A stretch of 64,000 bases of DNA from Octopus vulgaris. Its lineage: Eukaryota. The notes below the pieces were generated by a model that ran no database searches, had not been told where the DNA came from, and was given only the letters and a program-made list of their open reading frames with translations. Made by a program: the position numbers and the translations under genes. The stretch spans positions 55,552,001 through 55,616,000 of the forward strand of contig OX597822.1 in assembly GCA_951406725.2 (NCBI GenBank), in the 5' to 3' direction. Below, in pieces: positions 1 to 13,769 of this stretch (positions are counted from its first letter, which is position 1; the number at the start of each line of letters is the position of its first letter).

Positions 1-1480
1 TTTTTCTTTTTCGTAATTTTCTGTCATTTTGTCGTATTCTACATTTTGAAACATTTGTTAAAGGAAAAAAATGTCTTACTCCCTCTTCCTTCCTTCATTG
101 TACTTTTCGCAATGAACAAAAAGTCAAACACTGCAAGTGAATGTGTGAGAAAAAAATTTGAATTATGCAAAGTGTATCTATAAAGTGACATTTTCAGTCG
201 TTTATTTATACTTTCACTGCTACCTCGTCAAATAAAAATACACGCAATAGATGGGTTTGAGATATAAATTTACTAATTTTCCAAAATTATATTTCTTGTG
301 CATGAGGGACCCACCATATTTGACGTGCCCCTTCCCATGGTTTACATCGAGTCCTGGTATCGACTGTGGTTTTTGTGTTGTTCAAAAGGAGTATATAGTC
401 ATATTCCTGTTGTAGCGAGTTATAGAGTGTTATTCAGAATTGAGAGGGCACAGATTTTGCAATTTTCGCCCTCGATAAATGTATTAACTATTTTCCCTTA
501 ATAAGTATAATGAGGAAAGCGCAGGTAGTGCAAGTATGGAGTGCTATTTCCATTTTGTGTGAGGATGACGTCAGTGTGCAAATAATTAAGGAGTTAACGA
601 ATAATAAAATCATCTACGTAGAACTGATAGCGTACAGAATTATTAACAGTGAGGTCTTGAACATAGAAAAGAAAGCATGATAGCAGAGCTAATACAAAGA
701 ATGTGCGCTAGATATATATTCTTATGGTAATTTCTACTGCGAAATTTTAGAGGGTTATTTTATCCATTTCAAATGAATAATTGATTAAATTTATATGTCT
801 AAAGAAAGTGTAAAACTAATATGTAAAACTAAATATGTACAAATGCTGGAAGCAAATACTTACCTTCGTCTCCGAAAAAGACTCAAGCAGAACACTTTAC
901 ATGAAAATATCATATTTGATTTGTCGATGAAATTACCTACAAGCAGATAAAAGAAGAAATACATAAGAAAAAATATTAACAAGTAATTTTAATTTACATT
1001 AAGTTTGGGATAATATCAATGGCGATTTAAATCAGGAACATGGCTTTCAAATTTGGTATACATGTTCTTTCCGGGCGTAGATAAAAGTTTCTGGGTTGTA
1101 TTTCAAATTGTTCTCTCCGTCGAGATGAGTTAGAATAGATTTTCTTCATGTTTATCTTGCTGCGACTGTTCACCCCCAGTTTTCTTTGGATATTTCAGGG
1201 AAACACATTCAGAGTAGTTCGAACCCGTGGTGTGCTTCTATTACAAAGAACTGAATTAAAAATTTTTTGCTCTATTTTTTTTTTTACTTCAAAATGTGGC
1301 GACAACCATAAACTGTAATCGATTTTAAGCAAGGAATAAATTTTTGAGATTGAAAAGAAATACATCGATGAGCAAGTGATGTGTTATATTAATGACGAAT
1401 GAGTGCAACATGAAATATCAGTGGCAGACGTGGATGATCCTACTTCCATTGAATCTCAACTTGTTTGTACATGTTTGCAA

Positions 1481-1481
<1 letters not shown>

Positions 1482-1538
<57 letters not shown>
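1482..1538. repeat. (CA)n microsatellite (one of dozens of CA/TA/CATA/GA/ATT tracts in the window)
   Basis: Pure CA run visible in the sequence. Confidence 0.95.
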
Positions 1539-1543
<5 letters not shown>

Positions 1544-2489
1544 CTCTCTCTTTCTCTCTTTCTCTTTTCGTTTCTCTTTTCAAATCTATATGTGCAATTG
1601 AGAATTCGCAGAAAAGTGATAAGTTCTATTGTTGTGAAGAGTGTAAAATCTAGTGTTTCGAGATCTTGTCAGTGAATAGAAAATAATGAAAGATGAAAAT
1701 TACGTTAGCCTAGCTGGAGTTAGTCAATGAAAGTAAATATCGCGAAAATTTGTGTCGATGGCAGAAGAGTCTTATAGATACCGAACCTGAGTATCAAACT
1801 TAGCGGGCCGATCTAAGTTTTTGGCCATTCAGCGTTTAGAAAATAAAGACCAGTATCAATCCAAGGGGTTGGATATGTTTGATTGAGTTGATCCCAATAT
1901 ATTGCTGGTATAACAGTCCATGTAGAGATGAAAAGAATAATCAACTTGCTAGATTTGAAATTTAGAACGCTATGGGTCATAGTCAAATATTACAAAATAT
2001 TTATTCTGGTACTCTGCTATTTCTACCATTTCGTTTTACTGAAAATTGAACTGCAATTATTTTGCATTGATATAAATGTAGCCAAACTGGTTATACGCCG
2101 CAGGGATGTGCCCCCTTATGTCAAAGTTGTTTCTTTTCTTTCCTTCTTTGCAAATGGCATTTTGGATATTGATTTCTGCCATTAGTACAATAACTCAAAG
2201 TGTGTAATATGGAATACAGAGGCAATATCAATATATTAACGGTACCTAATTAAGTCAGGAAAGAAGAAAAGTTAAGTTCAAATAAACCGACAATGCCTCG
2301 CCCCTCCACTTCTCGCTACAGATGGCCAGAGATTTCTGTAAGTTGACCATAGTTCTAAGGATGAACGTTTCCTTGATCGAGCATTCTAGGGCTATATGTG
2401 ATCCAGGGCTACTGATACATCATGGACATGAGCTGTGAGAAATAATAAAACACAAACATTCGAATATGGGTCCTCATCTATACCAAAAA

Positions 2490-3755
2490 AAAGCACACAT
2501 AATTTCCACATAATCAGTGACGTAGACCGCCGCTTTCTAAAACGAAAACAAGGCGGCAAGGGCTTAACATCGATCCAAAATGCCTTTGAATGTCGCATCA
2601 TATCCCTTCGCTTACATCTTTTAACCACCAAGTATGGAAGTGCATCCCTTTGACCAAGTTTGCATACACGAGGCTGATAACATCATTAGAGTTGGAAGGC
2701 AACTCCTTGAGCAACAGTCTATCTCTCATAACCTAGAATACATACCCAAAGAAATCGCACGACACTACCGCAACGTATCATCAGATGAAAGGATGAGCCT
2801 ATATGAGCAGAAGACGATGCATGGATATGTTAGTAGAAAGCTCCATGATGATAGTAACACTGATCATCAAAGCAATTTATTATGGACCAACAGCCGGATT
2901 ACTACCTCTCACTCTGAAGGGTATGCGTTTGCAATTCAGGAACAGGAAATATCAACCAAGTACTTGATGCACAAAAGGGATAGAGATACAGGAAAAGCGG
3001 TAAAATGTGACAACCGATGCAGACTTTGTGGAGTTCACACTGAAGATATCATCCACATCATAAGCAGTTGTCCGAAAATATCATCGCGGTATTATCTATC
3101 GATGAGACATGATATTCTAGCTAGGACACTCTATAATGAAATCCTTCGGAAAGATAATCCTGAGTACAAAGAAATAAGAACCCGCGATATGGTTGAAGCC
3201 ATAGCCACTCATAATACAAAAGGAATACTGGTGGAATGTACCAGTGAAAACCTCAATAAAATGTAAGCACAACAGACCTGATATGATGATTTGGGATAGA
3301 GAAGTGAAACTGCACAGTTGTGGAAATTAGCTGCCCTGCAGATGTTAACATAAAGCTGAAGATCAGTGAAAAAGAGAACACCTATGTTGAACTATTGAGA
3401 AATCTGCAGTTACCCTATCCAGATTACAAGTTCAGGTTTATATCTGTAATGATTAGGGCTCTGGGATATATAACATACTGCCTAAATACCAGTCTTGAGA
3501 AATAAGGCTTCTCAAAACTAGGAAGAAGAAAGCTAATTCGAAGACTATAGATCGAATCCATCACTGGAACTATAAAAATCTGTAAATCTTTCCAGAAATT
3601 TTTCACTTAAATATATATGAGCATGTCTAGATATGCAACTATATGCATAAGAATACATACATAAAACATACATACATACATGCATACATACATACATACA
3701 TACATACATACATACATACATACATACATACATACATACATACATACATACATAC
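2490..3755 (+). mobile_element. 5'-truncated RLE-type non-LTR retrotransposon (R4/Dong-like), frameshifted, ending in (CATA)n
   Basis: ORF pieces 2435-2653, 2634-3266 and 3320-3505 give DRRFLKRKQGGKGL, CCHC knuckle CRLCGVHTEDIIHIISSC, RHD, then HNRPD...EISCP...K (restriction-like endonuclease). Short 3' UTR, then (CATA)n 3654-3755. Confidence 0.85.
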
Positions 3756-3762
3756 AAATAAT

Positions 3763-3880
3763 GTCATTTCACTGGGTCGATAAAATAAGTACCAGGTTGA
3801 ACGTTCGATGTAATCAATCTAACTTCGGGAGAGACTCCCGAACTTGCTGGCTTTGTACCAAAAGAAAAAAAAAGTGGGGG
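3763..3880 (+). mobile_element. SINE family 2, degraded fragment
   Basis: GGGTCGATAAAATAAGTACCAG...TCGATGTAATC matches the core of the 61361 copy. Confidence 0.65.
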
Positions 3881-5094
3881 TAACTTTAAAAAGTGTATTA
3901 ACGCGTTATGTGGAGGTGAAACATCATTATAACAGCAAATAATAACTAGTCTTATCCCCGTAAAGAAATGCATCGTAGGGCTTCATTATGACATTTATTA
4001 TTCTGTCTTACACAAATTCTATTAGAAAACATGTTCAGCCAAACGACGAATGGGTTACAAGAGCTATGGTTAAACTGTAAAGTACATCCTCTATATGCTT
4101 AACTGAGAACGATATGTAGCAGACAACATCCAGCTGGAGAAGCTGATAAAGCTGCATATGAATTCAGCAGTGCTATCAAAACGTGTATTAGATTACATAA
4201 ATATGCTGAAACTACACTAATGTGTCTCTAGGAAGAGAGACATTAATTAAATATCAAAATATTAAGTTATATTTAGACACTGAAATCAGAGAAGTAGAAG
4301 AGAATCTTTCATTGCAAGTATATAGGTGTAGAGAGAATTGATAAGAAACGACACACAACCGGGGGAGAATCATGTAAAAGTATTTCACAGAAGGGTTAGA
4401 AAATTGAAAATTTTAAAGAATCAGAAATTGATTGCGTATATAGAAGCCCCAACCATCTAAAACATATATATTACCAGTTTTCTCGGATTGTCGAATTTTA
4501 TATTTTAGTATAATAAACTGGGAGTTAAGTAAATCAAAAAGTTGAAACAGGTAAATCAGAAGACTGCACTACACATCTACCACACTAAAGCTGAAAATGA
4601 TAAAGATATACTTGTTACACATACAAGAACGGAAGAGCCTGAACCAAACTGGAACTATTTCAAACTAACCACAGTGGGTGCAGAAAATTTTGGAAAAAGT
4701 AAAATGTAGGCTAATTGGGAAAATAAGGGAAAATGAAAAGCAAATATAATATAAATATAAGGAAACAATAAAATACAATCTAGAAAGTAAACATATGTTA
4801 AGTTTTAATACAAAAACAACGAGAAAAATCATTACAAACGGGAAGAATTCTTCACCGTTTAATGGGAATGAGAAGTAGTGCCCAAGCCTTTTAATTTTGC
4901 AGTACATTTGAGACTAGTGGGAGAGAGGAAGTTACTATTAAAACGGAAACTTAGTCCATATACTTGCAACAGAGTAAATCCCACAAAGGGAACCAATGGA
5001 ACTAGTAGTAATGTTTAACAGGGGAAACGGAGCAAATATTGCAAATTATCCCGTTCGATTATCAAAATAATCCTCCAATCAACCGCCCCAAACT

Positions 5095-5230
5095 GAGACT
5101 TTATTTTATCAATTCCAGAAAGATGACAGGCAAAGTCGACCTTGGTGGTATTGGAACTCAGAGTTCACAACTGGAATGAGCACCGCAAGATATTTGTCTT
5201 ACGTCCTAACGAATCTATGCAAATCATTGC
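5095..5230 (-). mobile_element. SINE family 2, degraded
   Basis: AAGATGACAGGCAAAGTCGACCTTGGTGGTATTGGAACTCAGA is the reverse complement of the family-2 B-box/core region. Confidence 0.7.
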
Positions 5231-5239
5231 TTAGACGGA

Positions 5240-5410
5240 TGTAACAAAATTCAGCAGAGGTAGAATTGAACGAGTAGATTTTAAATTAAAAGCAGAAATA
5301 GAAGGAGGTGCCACACTATCTCCTTCGCTATAGCCACAATACAGTTGGAAACTATCTTTCCTTCCCGGCCAAAAGAAAGCAGCAAGGCAATCTTTACGAT
5401 GGATGTTGAA
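5240..5410 (-). mobile_element. L1/Tx1-like LINE ORF2 C-terminal fragment
   Basis: Translation IVKIALLLSFGREGKIVSNCIVAIAKEIVWH aligns with IVKIAPPTSFNKEGEAVFLCLVAVAKEVVWW of ORF 22576-23505. Confidence 0.75.
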
Positions 5411-5788
<378 letters not shown>

Positions 5789-5819
5789 CGCCATAAATCT
5801 GAAAGTGCTTTAGCTTATC

Positions 5820-5985
5820 TATTACTTGTTTCAGTCACTGCCTTGAAGAATTTTAGTCGAACGAATCGATTCCAGGAATTATTTTTGTTAAAGCCGAGTA
5901 ATTGTTCTATCGGTCCCTTTTTCCAAACCGCTAAGTAACTGACGCGTAACCAAACCAACATCGGTTGTCAAGCGGTAGCGGGGAG

Positions 5986-6018
<33 letters not shown>

Positions 6019-6165
6019 ACGGCCTTTCAGTTTCCGTCTACCAAATCCAATCACAAACCTTTGGACGACCCGAAGATATAGTAGAAGGTACTTGTTCAAG
6101 GTGCCACTGTGACACTGAACCCAGAACCATGTTGTTAGGATGCAAACTTCTAACCACATAAACAC
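5820..6165 (-). mobile_element. SINE family 1 (tRNA head, CORE-like domain, internal CA/TA tract), degraded
   Basis: TTTCAGTTTCCGTCTACCAAATCC and CAAGGTGCCAC...ACTGAACCC shared with other copies. Confidence 0.85.
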
Positions 6166-6557
6166 GTCTATTCTAATAATTATACGCCGTTCAGCTTACA
6201 TATTTCTTAAATTTTCATATCTCATTAATTTAATCCGAGCTATTTTATCTATATTGAACATTCTAACTGACCCATATAATTACAAAAGTATATACTTATC
6301 CTTTATCATTAAGGAAGATTTTTAATTACTGATGTATTTTAAACACATTGTTTTGTCATTTACTTAGTCTTGTATAGTTCCATGTCAGTCTAATCAGCAG
6401 CTAACACATCTCATATTCTAAACAACCGCCGTCCAATAATATTACGCAACACTTAGAAATGTGTTTTACTATACAATCACCGCGCAAAGTTAAAACACAA
6501 AAATTATTAAAAAGCATATATGAAACATAAACATGACCAAACATAATATCAAAACTC

Positions 6558-6744
6558 ACTCTTTACTCTTTTACTGGTTTCAATCATTTGACTGTGGTCA
6601 TGCTGGAGCACCGCCTTTAATCGAGCAAATCGATCCCATGACTTATTGTTTGTAAGCCTAGTACTTATTCTATCGGTCTCTTTTGCCGAGTCAAGAGATG
6701 TTGGGGGGACAAACACAGACACACAGATATATACACATACACAT

Positions 6745-6810
<66 letters not shown>

Positions 6811-6970
6811 GTACGACGGGCTTCTTTCAGTTTCCGTCTACCAAATCCACTCACAGGGCTTTGGCCAGCCCGAGGCTATAGTAGAAGACACTTGCCCAGG
6901 GTGTCACGCAGTGAGACTGAACCCGGAACCATGTGGTCCGTAAGCAAGCTACTTACTACACAGCCACCCC
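6558..6970 (-). mobile_element. SINE family 1, near full length
   Basis: Minus strand has an A-box-like TGGCTGTGTAG, a B-box-like GGTTCAGTC, CCTGGGCAAGTGTCTT (CORE-like) and a (GAGTAAAA)n-type tail. Confidence 0.9.
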
Positions 6971-8021
6971 TATGCTCAAAGTATATGTTAACAATAAATA
7001 GATGGAACGCTAAAATGGCACCAGATATAACAAGTCAAATGCCACAATACAGCAAATATGAAGTATATAAACATAGTTCTACAACCCAAAACCCCAGTGC
7101 TGCATTAATCACGGAGACATGTGAGTGCATCTGGTTGAGCAGTTTACTGGAATAACACGGTGCAGTGGAGCTCGCATCAAACTGCAGAAAATATGATACA
7201 TCTAGAATAATAAACGCGAAATTCTGTCTGTCTGAGACCCCTGCATCTCAGTCTTCGTTTGCTCTACATAGACGTATTATACCATTTTGAAATCAGGATG
7301 ATACTAATATTGAAAATCTACCATTCATTTGTTCTTGAACATCCAGTATTGGGATCTTATTCAAAAGCATCTGGGTTGCTATTTCTAGCATATAAAGCTT
7401 GGCTTATTCATGTCATCATGATTGCCGTTCGTCAGTTGACGTCAGAGATCAAGATGGAGATAAATGACATTCGCTTCGTTAATTTTACGTAGAGATAAGG
7501 GGAGAAATTGGCTAACTGTTGGAATTCAACATGGGACTGGAATAGTAGAGTAACTGCATTACAGAATGAATTCTCATCCGTCCTTAACCTCTGATAAAAC
7601 ACCAACGGGGCATATAGTCATTATAGACTATTATAGTCAAGTTATTTAGGTCTCTATTTTTGAGCCGCATTCCCAATTAGCCCTCCGCAGGAGCTAGCTG
7701 AAAAGTCCGCATGGAGTGCGGCATTTAAGCTAGTAACTGATAAAATTAGTAGTATATCTGGATAAGTGCATCTCCTCCTAAGTTTGTTTCCTCATAACTT
7801 TCAGAAAAATCTATATTTTCTACAAATATATTTACGACTATATCGGAAAAAGGAACAAAAAAAAAAAAAAGAAAAACATTGATGGGTTCGTACACGTGCA
7901 TAATGACGTACATCACGTATTTTTTTCAGAATTTCAAGTTTCATTTTGAAGAAATATCTGTCGTGTGTATAATTGTAATCAGCACCGATATAATTCTAAC
8001 CTACACCATTTGAAAAGTAAT

Positions 8022-8234
8022 TTACTCTTTTGCTTGTTTCAGTCATGTCACTGTAGCCATGCTGGAGCACCGCCTTTAGTCGAGCAGATCGACCACAGGA
8101 TTTATTCTTTGTAAGCCTAGTACTTATTCTATCGGTCTCTTTTGCCGAACCGCTAAGTTACGGGGACGTAAACACACCAGCATCGGTTGTCAAGCGATGT
8201 TGGGGGACAAACACAGACACACAAACATACACAC

Positions 8235-8240
<6 letters not shown>
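8022..8240 (-). mobile_element. SINE family 1, 3' half (5' half at 10299-10465; split by PLE insertions in its TA tract)
   Basis: Matches the 3' half of the 21427 copy. The sequence resumes at TACGACGGGCTT at about 10300. Confidence 0.9.
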
Positions 8241-8284
<44 letters not shown>

Positions 8285-8285
8285 A

Positions 8286-8340
<55 letters not shown>

Positions 8341-8346
<6 letters not shown>

Positions 8347-9153
8347 GCCTCCCATAATAACAAGCTGCTAAATAAGGACTCATCACCCGGGAGTAGCGAC
8401 ACTGCCCTTACCAATTCCAACCAAACATACAATAATAATAATAATAGAAGTAGTATTGATAATAGCAACATTCATAGCAGCGTTGGCATTAACAATAGTA
8501 ATATTAATAATAATATTAGTCGGATTATTAACAGTAGTAGTGTTAGTGGTAATAACGACAGCATTTATAATAACAGTGGTAGTATTGATGATAACAACCC
8601 CAGCATTCCTATAGTCAGGGAAATTACCGACGATAGTACAATTAATAGTAATAATAATAATATGAATAGTATTGTGGTCAATGCTAGCAATAATATTAAC
8701 ACCAATCATAACAATAAAAACTCCGTCTTAGTCTCGGAGGTAAACCCTAACAGATTAAAGTTCTTATCCAGCAATTCCAAAATTAGAAATTCCATTTACC
8801 AGTGCAAAATTTCTTCCGGTACCGATGTCTTCTTCTACATTGGGGCAACTACTTTTAAATTAGCCCACAGGATCTCCAACCATTATTCAACTTTCCGAGA
8901 TAAGAGAAAACAACACAGCACAGGACTAAGTAAAATAGTTTGGCGTCTTAAGGACAGTAATACAACTTTCAAGCTGGAATGGTCCATATTGTCTGTATCA
9001 TTTCCGTTTGATAAGGGCAGAAAATTTTGTGGCATCTGTAATTCCGAACTTTTCCATATTTTGTTCGCCAAAGTCCCTTTAATAAATGCAATGGTCGAGA
9101 AATCCTATAGATGCATGCACTGGCAAAAACACACCTTTCACTTATATGAATAA
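8341..9153 (+). CDS. PLE GIY-YIG endonuclease C-terminal ORF preceded by an Asn-rich linker; no RT
   Basis: Open frame within track ORF 8197-9153; the first ~48 codons of that ORF are SINE and microsatellite read-through. Confidence 0.75.
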
Positions 9154-9705
9154 TGATTAATATAGATAACCTCCTTGAAATTTAATAATATAGTCCCATT
9201 TATATATCACCCCCATAGTCAATTTTTATACTCTTAAAGGACTGCTACCCAACCCAATGAGGTGTGTTTTACCTTTGTCTCTCTAACTCGCCCTCCTCTC
9301 TCTCTCTTTCCCCCTCTCTATCGTAAGCACAATCAAACACACAGACACAAACCTGTCACTTCACCACTGTCTGTTTTTGGCATCTACCCATCCACACACA
9401 CAATCACGCACACACATACACACACATAGCCATTAATGCAGTTATATACATACACATAGGCACTCATTCACAAAAGAAAACAACAAAATCACCATTCATT
9501 TGACCTGCATCCTTTTACCTTCCTATTCTTAGATCTCTCTCCTCCAACCTTGTTTGAACCCTTGAACCTTCTAGAATCTTCTACATTCAACCATTTCTGA
9601 CGTCACTGCTTATAACGGAATATTTTAAAGAAACACTCATTATCGCTATGGGCTCCGTGTGGGCAGTCATCTAAAAGTTTTTGTGCATCTTGATGCTGAC
9701 ATAAG

Positions 9706-9809
9706 TTCCTTACTTTTCCTGATGAGAAGGCGGCATAATGCACCCTTTATTCCTTCGAAATTAGGAATATGCAGCCTTCGAAACATATGTCGAAAATAAA
9801 ATAAAGGAA
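9706..9809 (+). ncRNA. Type I hammerhead ribozyme (PLE minimal type)
   Basis: Stem I TTTTC/GAAAA, core CTGATGA 9719-9725, stem II GAAGGC...GCCTTC, GAAA 9780-9783, palindromic stem III CATATG, GTC cleavage triplet ending at 9791. Confidence 0.85.
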
Positions 9810-10020
9810 TTTTGTTAATTCGTCGTTCAACTCCATTCTTTCATTTATTTGTATTTAAAAAAACACACAAATTTCCACACGATAGCACGTGATCTCTGCC
9901 CTAGGCATGTAGCTTCAACCGTATTTTTCTGACATGAATTTGCTACCCAGGTATCGGTTAACCGAATTATCCATAATAAGATAATTCATTCAACTACTCA
10001 ATTATATATATATATATATA

Positions 10021-10262
10021 GTGCCGTATATTTGCCATTTAAATAACTTGTGCATCATAAGTTGAAGACGGGAAGGATGGCTTCCCTTTGCAAATACTGA
10101 TAGGGCACAGAAAGTGTGTCTATAGCCAGCTGGAGGAGGTGTCCTCCTGGGGGCTACAAACTACAGTAGCATCCACCCTTAGGGGTTAGCCATATTTAAA
10201 TGGCAAATATACGTCACGATGTGTTGCAGCTACTGTTTATAACTCGCTCTAAGATTTATTAT
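10021..10262. mobile_element. Mini PLE-terminus element: 25-bp inverted repeat plus ~45-nt unpaired tail, in (TA)n
   Basis: 10021-10045 GTGCCGTATATTTGCCATTTAAATA pairs with 10193-10217 (one mismatch). Confidence 0.6.
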
Positions 10263-10298
<36 letters not shown>

Positions 10299-10302
<4 letters not shown>

Positions 10303-10465
10303 ACGACGGGCTTCAGTTTCTCCGTCTACCAAATCCACTCACAGGGCTTTGGTCGGCCCAGAGGCTATTGTAGAAGACACTTGCCCAAGATGCCACACAG
10401 TGGGACTGAACCCGGAACCATGTTTTCGTTAGCAAGCTACTTACCACACAGCCACTCCAACGCCT
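10299..10465 (-). mobile_element. SINE family 1, 5' half (tRNA-like head)
   Basis: CTTGCCCAAGATGCCACACAGTGGGACTGAACCCGG...CTTACCACACAGCCACTCC. Confidence 0.9.
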
Positions 10466-11610
10466 CTCCTAATTGTAGAAAACTTCGTGAAAAAATACCC
10501 ATTTTAAAAAAATGATGAGGAAACAAAGTTGAGGCATGTAAATTATCCAATACTCTCCCTCCTTCACTTTTGGAAAAAAATTTTCGCATCAGATATAATA
10601 TAATATATAATATAATATAATCGGAATCTACGCAATCTGAAAGGTATTTGTAAAAAATTTCATTAGAAATAGCCCTTTTTCTAAAAGGGGGGGGGGCACA
10701 CTTGTGTAGGGGTACCAAGATGGTGATAATTTCTACCGTAGGAACAAAAACTAAAGAAGTAAGCTCAAATGGTCTAACATCAAAACATAAAGAGATGAAA
10801 ATAAATTCCACTTGGCCTGTTTTTCCAGTTCTCTACCCAATCTGTCAGTCTACTGTTAAAGTAACAACAACAACAACAACAACGGCAGCAGCAGCAACAG
10901 CAACGACAACAACAGCAACAGTAGCAGTAATAACAACAGCCATCATCTCTAATGATATTTTGATGGGGATTTTTAACGCAAAGACGAAAAGAAAGTTAAG
11001 CGAAAACTATAAAATAGGCTAATTACGTATAATAACGTGCTCATATGATTTGATGATAAGTGCTTATATAGAGGCTTCCATCAAATTAACAACACAGCAA
11101 TGATTACAGTTACAGAATTAGCAGAGATGCATTAAGTATTAAGACTGCTCATGTAAGAGAACAAGAAAACGACTATTTTGAAATTAAGGACTATATTGAA
11201 CAGAGAAACGTTTTCACATACATATATCTAATTACCATGAGAACCAAATTGCATCGTTTTGAGACAGTCAGAGAGGTAGGGGGATTAATTAAAATAAAAG
11301 TTTAATCAATGCCTGGAAGAAATAGCAACGAATTCTGTCTGAAATCACTTTTTCAACTCGAGTCAAAAAGAAAGTATCTGCTCAGTCACATGACTTACTG
11401 GAAATCATAATGTAAGCCACATCAAACTACATCCCACAATCTTAAAAATACAGAAGAGACATTAGATTATGAAGTTTTAGATCAGGGTTTTACAATTAAT
11501 TTTTTTCCCGACCTATCCCTTTATCATGTTCAGTAGTGTTTGCGTATAGAGAATACAGAATATAATAGTTGGATATGCGTTACCTATATAATAATATTAC
11601 AACAATAATA

Positions 11611-12920
11611 TTGAACGCTAGGAGGACGAGCTTATGAAGGAGACAATATAAGCACGTTGTTGTCTTTACGAAGGTAGTCGTCAGAAAGATAGATTCTCTC
11701 TCATGTGTCAGCGACGAGAGAGTCGAGGAGGAGGAGGAGGAGGAGGAGTGAGAGAGAGGGAACGGTGAAGAGGAGAGGAGAAGAATAGGGAAGGATAGGA
11801 GAGAAAACCAGAAAGGATGAAGAACGAGAGGGAGAGAGATAGACAGAGAAGAGATAGTAAAGATAGAAGAGCGCGCATCGTAATTATTAAGATAAAATTT
11901 ACTTGGAAAAGGATGCGTGGTGTTCGATCATATAATAATATAAATAATATATAAATATATGCTTATATACATATATATGTACATACCTACATATATATGT
12001 ATATATACATGCATATATGGGTACAGGACATCAAAAAAACGTTGAACACAATGAGAAACGACAACATAAAAACAAAAACATAGAAACGAACTTTTTCTCG
12101 AACAAAGAAAAAAACAAACAGAGCAACGAGACATACAATATGAATATTCCCCTTCTTCAGTTGTCCCTGTTTCATCTACTCCGCGGTCCGAAGGTAAGGA
12201 CAAGACGCGACTTCGTTGAAATAGTCCTTCCCGCAAAGCAAATTAAATAAAATTTGAGATTTTTTGCGGAGGGTGAAAGTTATAACAGGACAGTGATAAC
12301 AAAACAGTAAAAACAAACGTTGAGGGTTGCTAAACCAAGACGATAGAAAAATTCTGAACGCTAGGAGGACGAACTTATGAAGGAGACACTATAAGCACGT
12401 TGTTGTCTTTACGAAGGTAGTCGTCAGAAAGATAGATTCTCTTTCGTTATGTGTCAGCGACGAGAGAGTCGAGGAGGAGGAGGAGGAGTGAGAGAGAGGG
12501 AACGGTGAAGAGGAGAGGAGAAGAATAGGGAAGGGTAGGAGAGAAAACCAGAAAGGATGAAGAACAAGAGAGGGAGAGAGATAGTAAAATAGAAGAGTGC
12601 GCATCGTAATTATTAAGATAAAATTTACTTGGAAAAGGATGCGTTCGATCATATAATAATATAAATAATATATAAATATATGCATATATACATACATATA
12701 TGTACATACCTACATATATGTGTATATATACATGCATATATGGGCACAGGACATAAAAAAAAACGTTGAACAAATAAGAAACGAAAACATAAAAACAAAA
12801 ACATAGAAACGAACTTTTTCTCGAACAAAGAAAAAACCAGAGAAACAAGACATACAACATAAAAAATATTCCCCTTCAGTTGTCCCTGTTTCATCTACTC
12901 CGCATTCCGAAGGCAAGGAC
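11611..12920 (-). repeat. Direct tandem repeat, ~743-bp period (1.75 units), probable PLE pseudo-LTR tandem
   Basis: TGAACGCTAGGAGGACGA at 11612 and 12355. The reverse complement is homologous to 15840-16315. Confidence 0.75.
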
Positions 12921-13257
12921 TTGTTCGTTCGCCCATTATACATTAGCTAGTTAAAGAGATGGAGGTGGAGTGAGAGAAAGAGAGAGAGGGGGGAGTGAAG
13001 AAAGAAGAGAAGAAGAAGTAGATAAAAATGATTAATATTAATACACTTAGGCTAAATGCGTCATGTGGTCAACTGAAGATAGAGGCGAAGAACGAAAGAA
13101 AAAGAGGAATGGCGAAGGAATATTTATTACGTGGTTAAAAAAGTTAGCTGAAGGGAAAGGTAGATAGAGATGGACAAGGGAGGCAGTTATAGTGTGCGTG
13201 TGTGTGTGTGACTGTGTGTGTGTGACTGTGTGTGTGTGCGCGCGCGCGCGTGTGTGA

Positions 13258-13313
<56 letters not shown>

Positions 13314-13769
13314 GATTGTTTTGGTATATGTGTATTGATATTGAAAAATATTTTTTCATTGAGCTAGTTTCTTTTCATAGGGACCATCGCATACGCATAA
13401 GTGCAATTTATCGTCTGCTCGTTTGACAAATTGATATTTGTTTATAAGGATTAATTTAGCCTAAACTCTGGATTCACAAGAAACACGGTTGCAAGCTACC
13501 CGAGAAAGGATGCACAGATTTGGAGCACAGAACAGAGAGGAACAGCGAGAAGATATAATAAAAAGAGAAAAAACACAACACCGACTGAGACCTGAGGAAA
13601 TGACTGTAGACGAACGACAAGAATATTTAAAGCAAGCTAAACTATGAATGCTATAAAAATGCAAATCTTCCTTTCTTTCTTAAATAGGTCCTCTTAATTT
13701 TTTCCATTCCGTGGAATTTATTCTGGTTCTGCTAGTTTGTTATTAATTTAAGTTAATTTTACAGCAGTA

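Larger units (their letters stand above)
8341..10005 (+). mobile_element. 5'-truncated Penelope-like element with GIY-YIG endonuclease region and hammerhead-containing 3' region
   Basis: [10 protein letters not shown] motif, then SIYQCKI...YIGATT...RISNH...STGLSK...CGICNSE...CMH, typical of PLE endonucleases. Flanked by (TA)n on both sides. Confidence 0.85.

Noticed and set aside
4300-4950. Possible Gypsy pol remnant (TSFLGLSNF)
   Set aside because: Single short motif amid many stops; not enough to call.
11670-11715. Minus-strand CTGACGA in the tandem repeat
   Set aside because: No correctly placed GAAA or stem III.
13466-13650. ~60-codon charged open frame (ETRLQATRERM...)
   Set aside because: No start or clear splice donor. 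Could be a Helitron N-terminal remnant but cannot be assigned.
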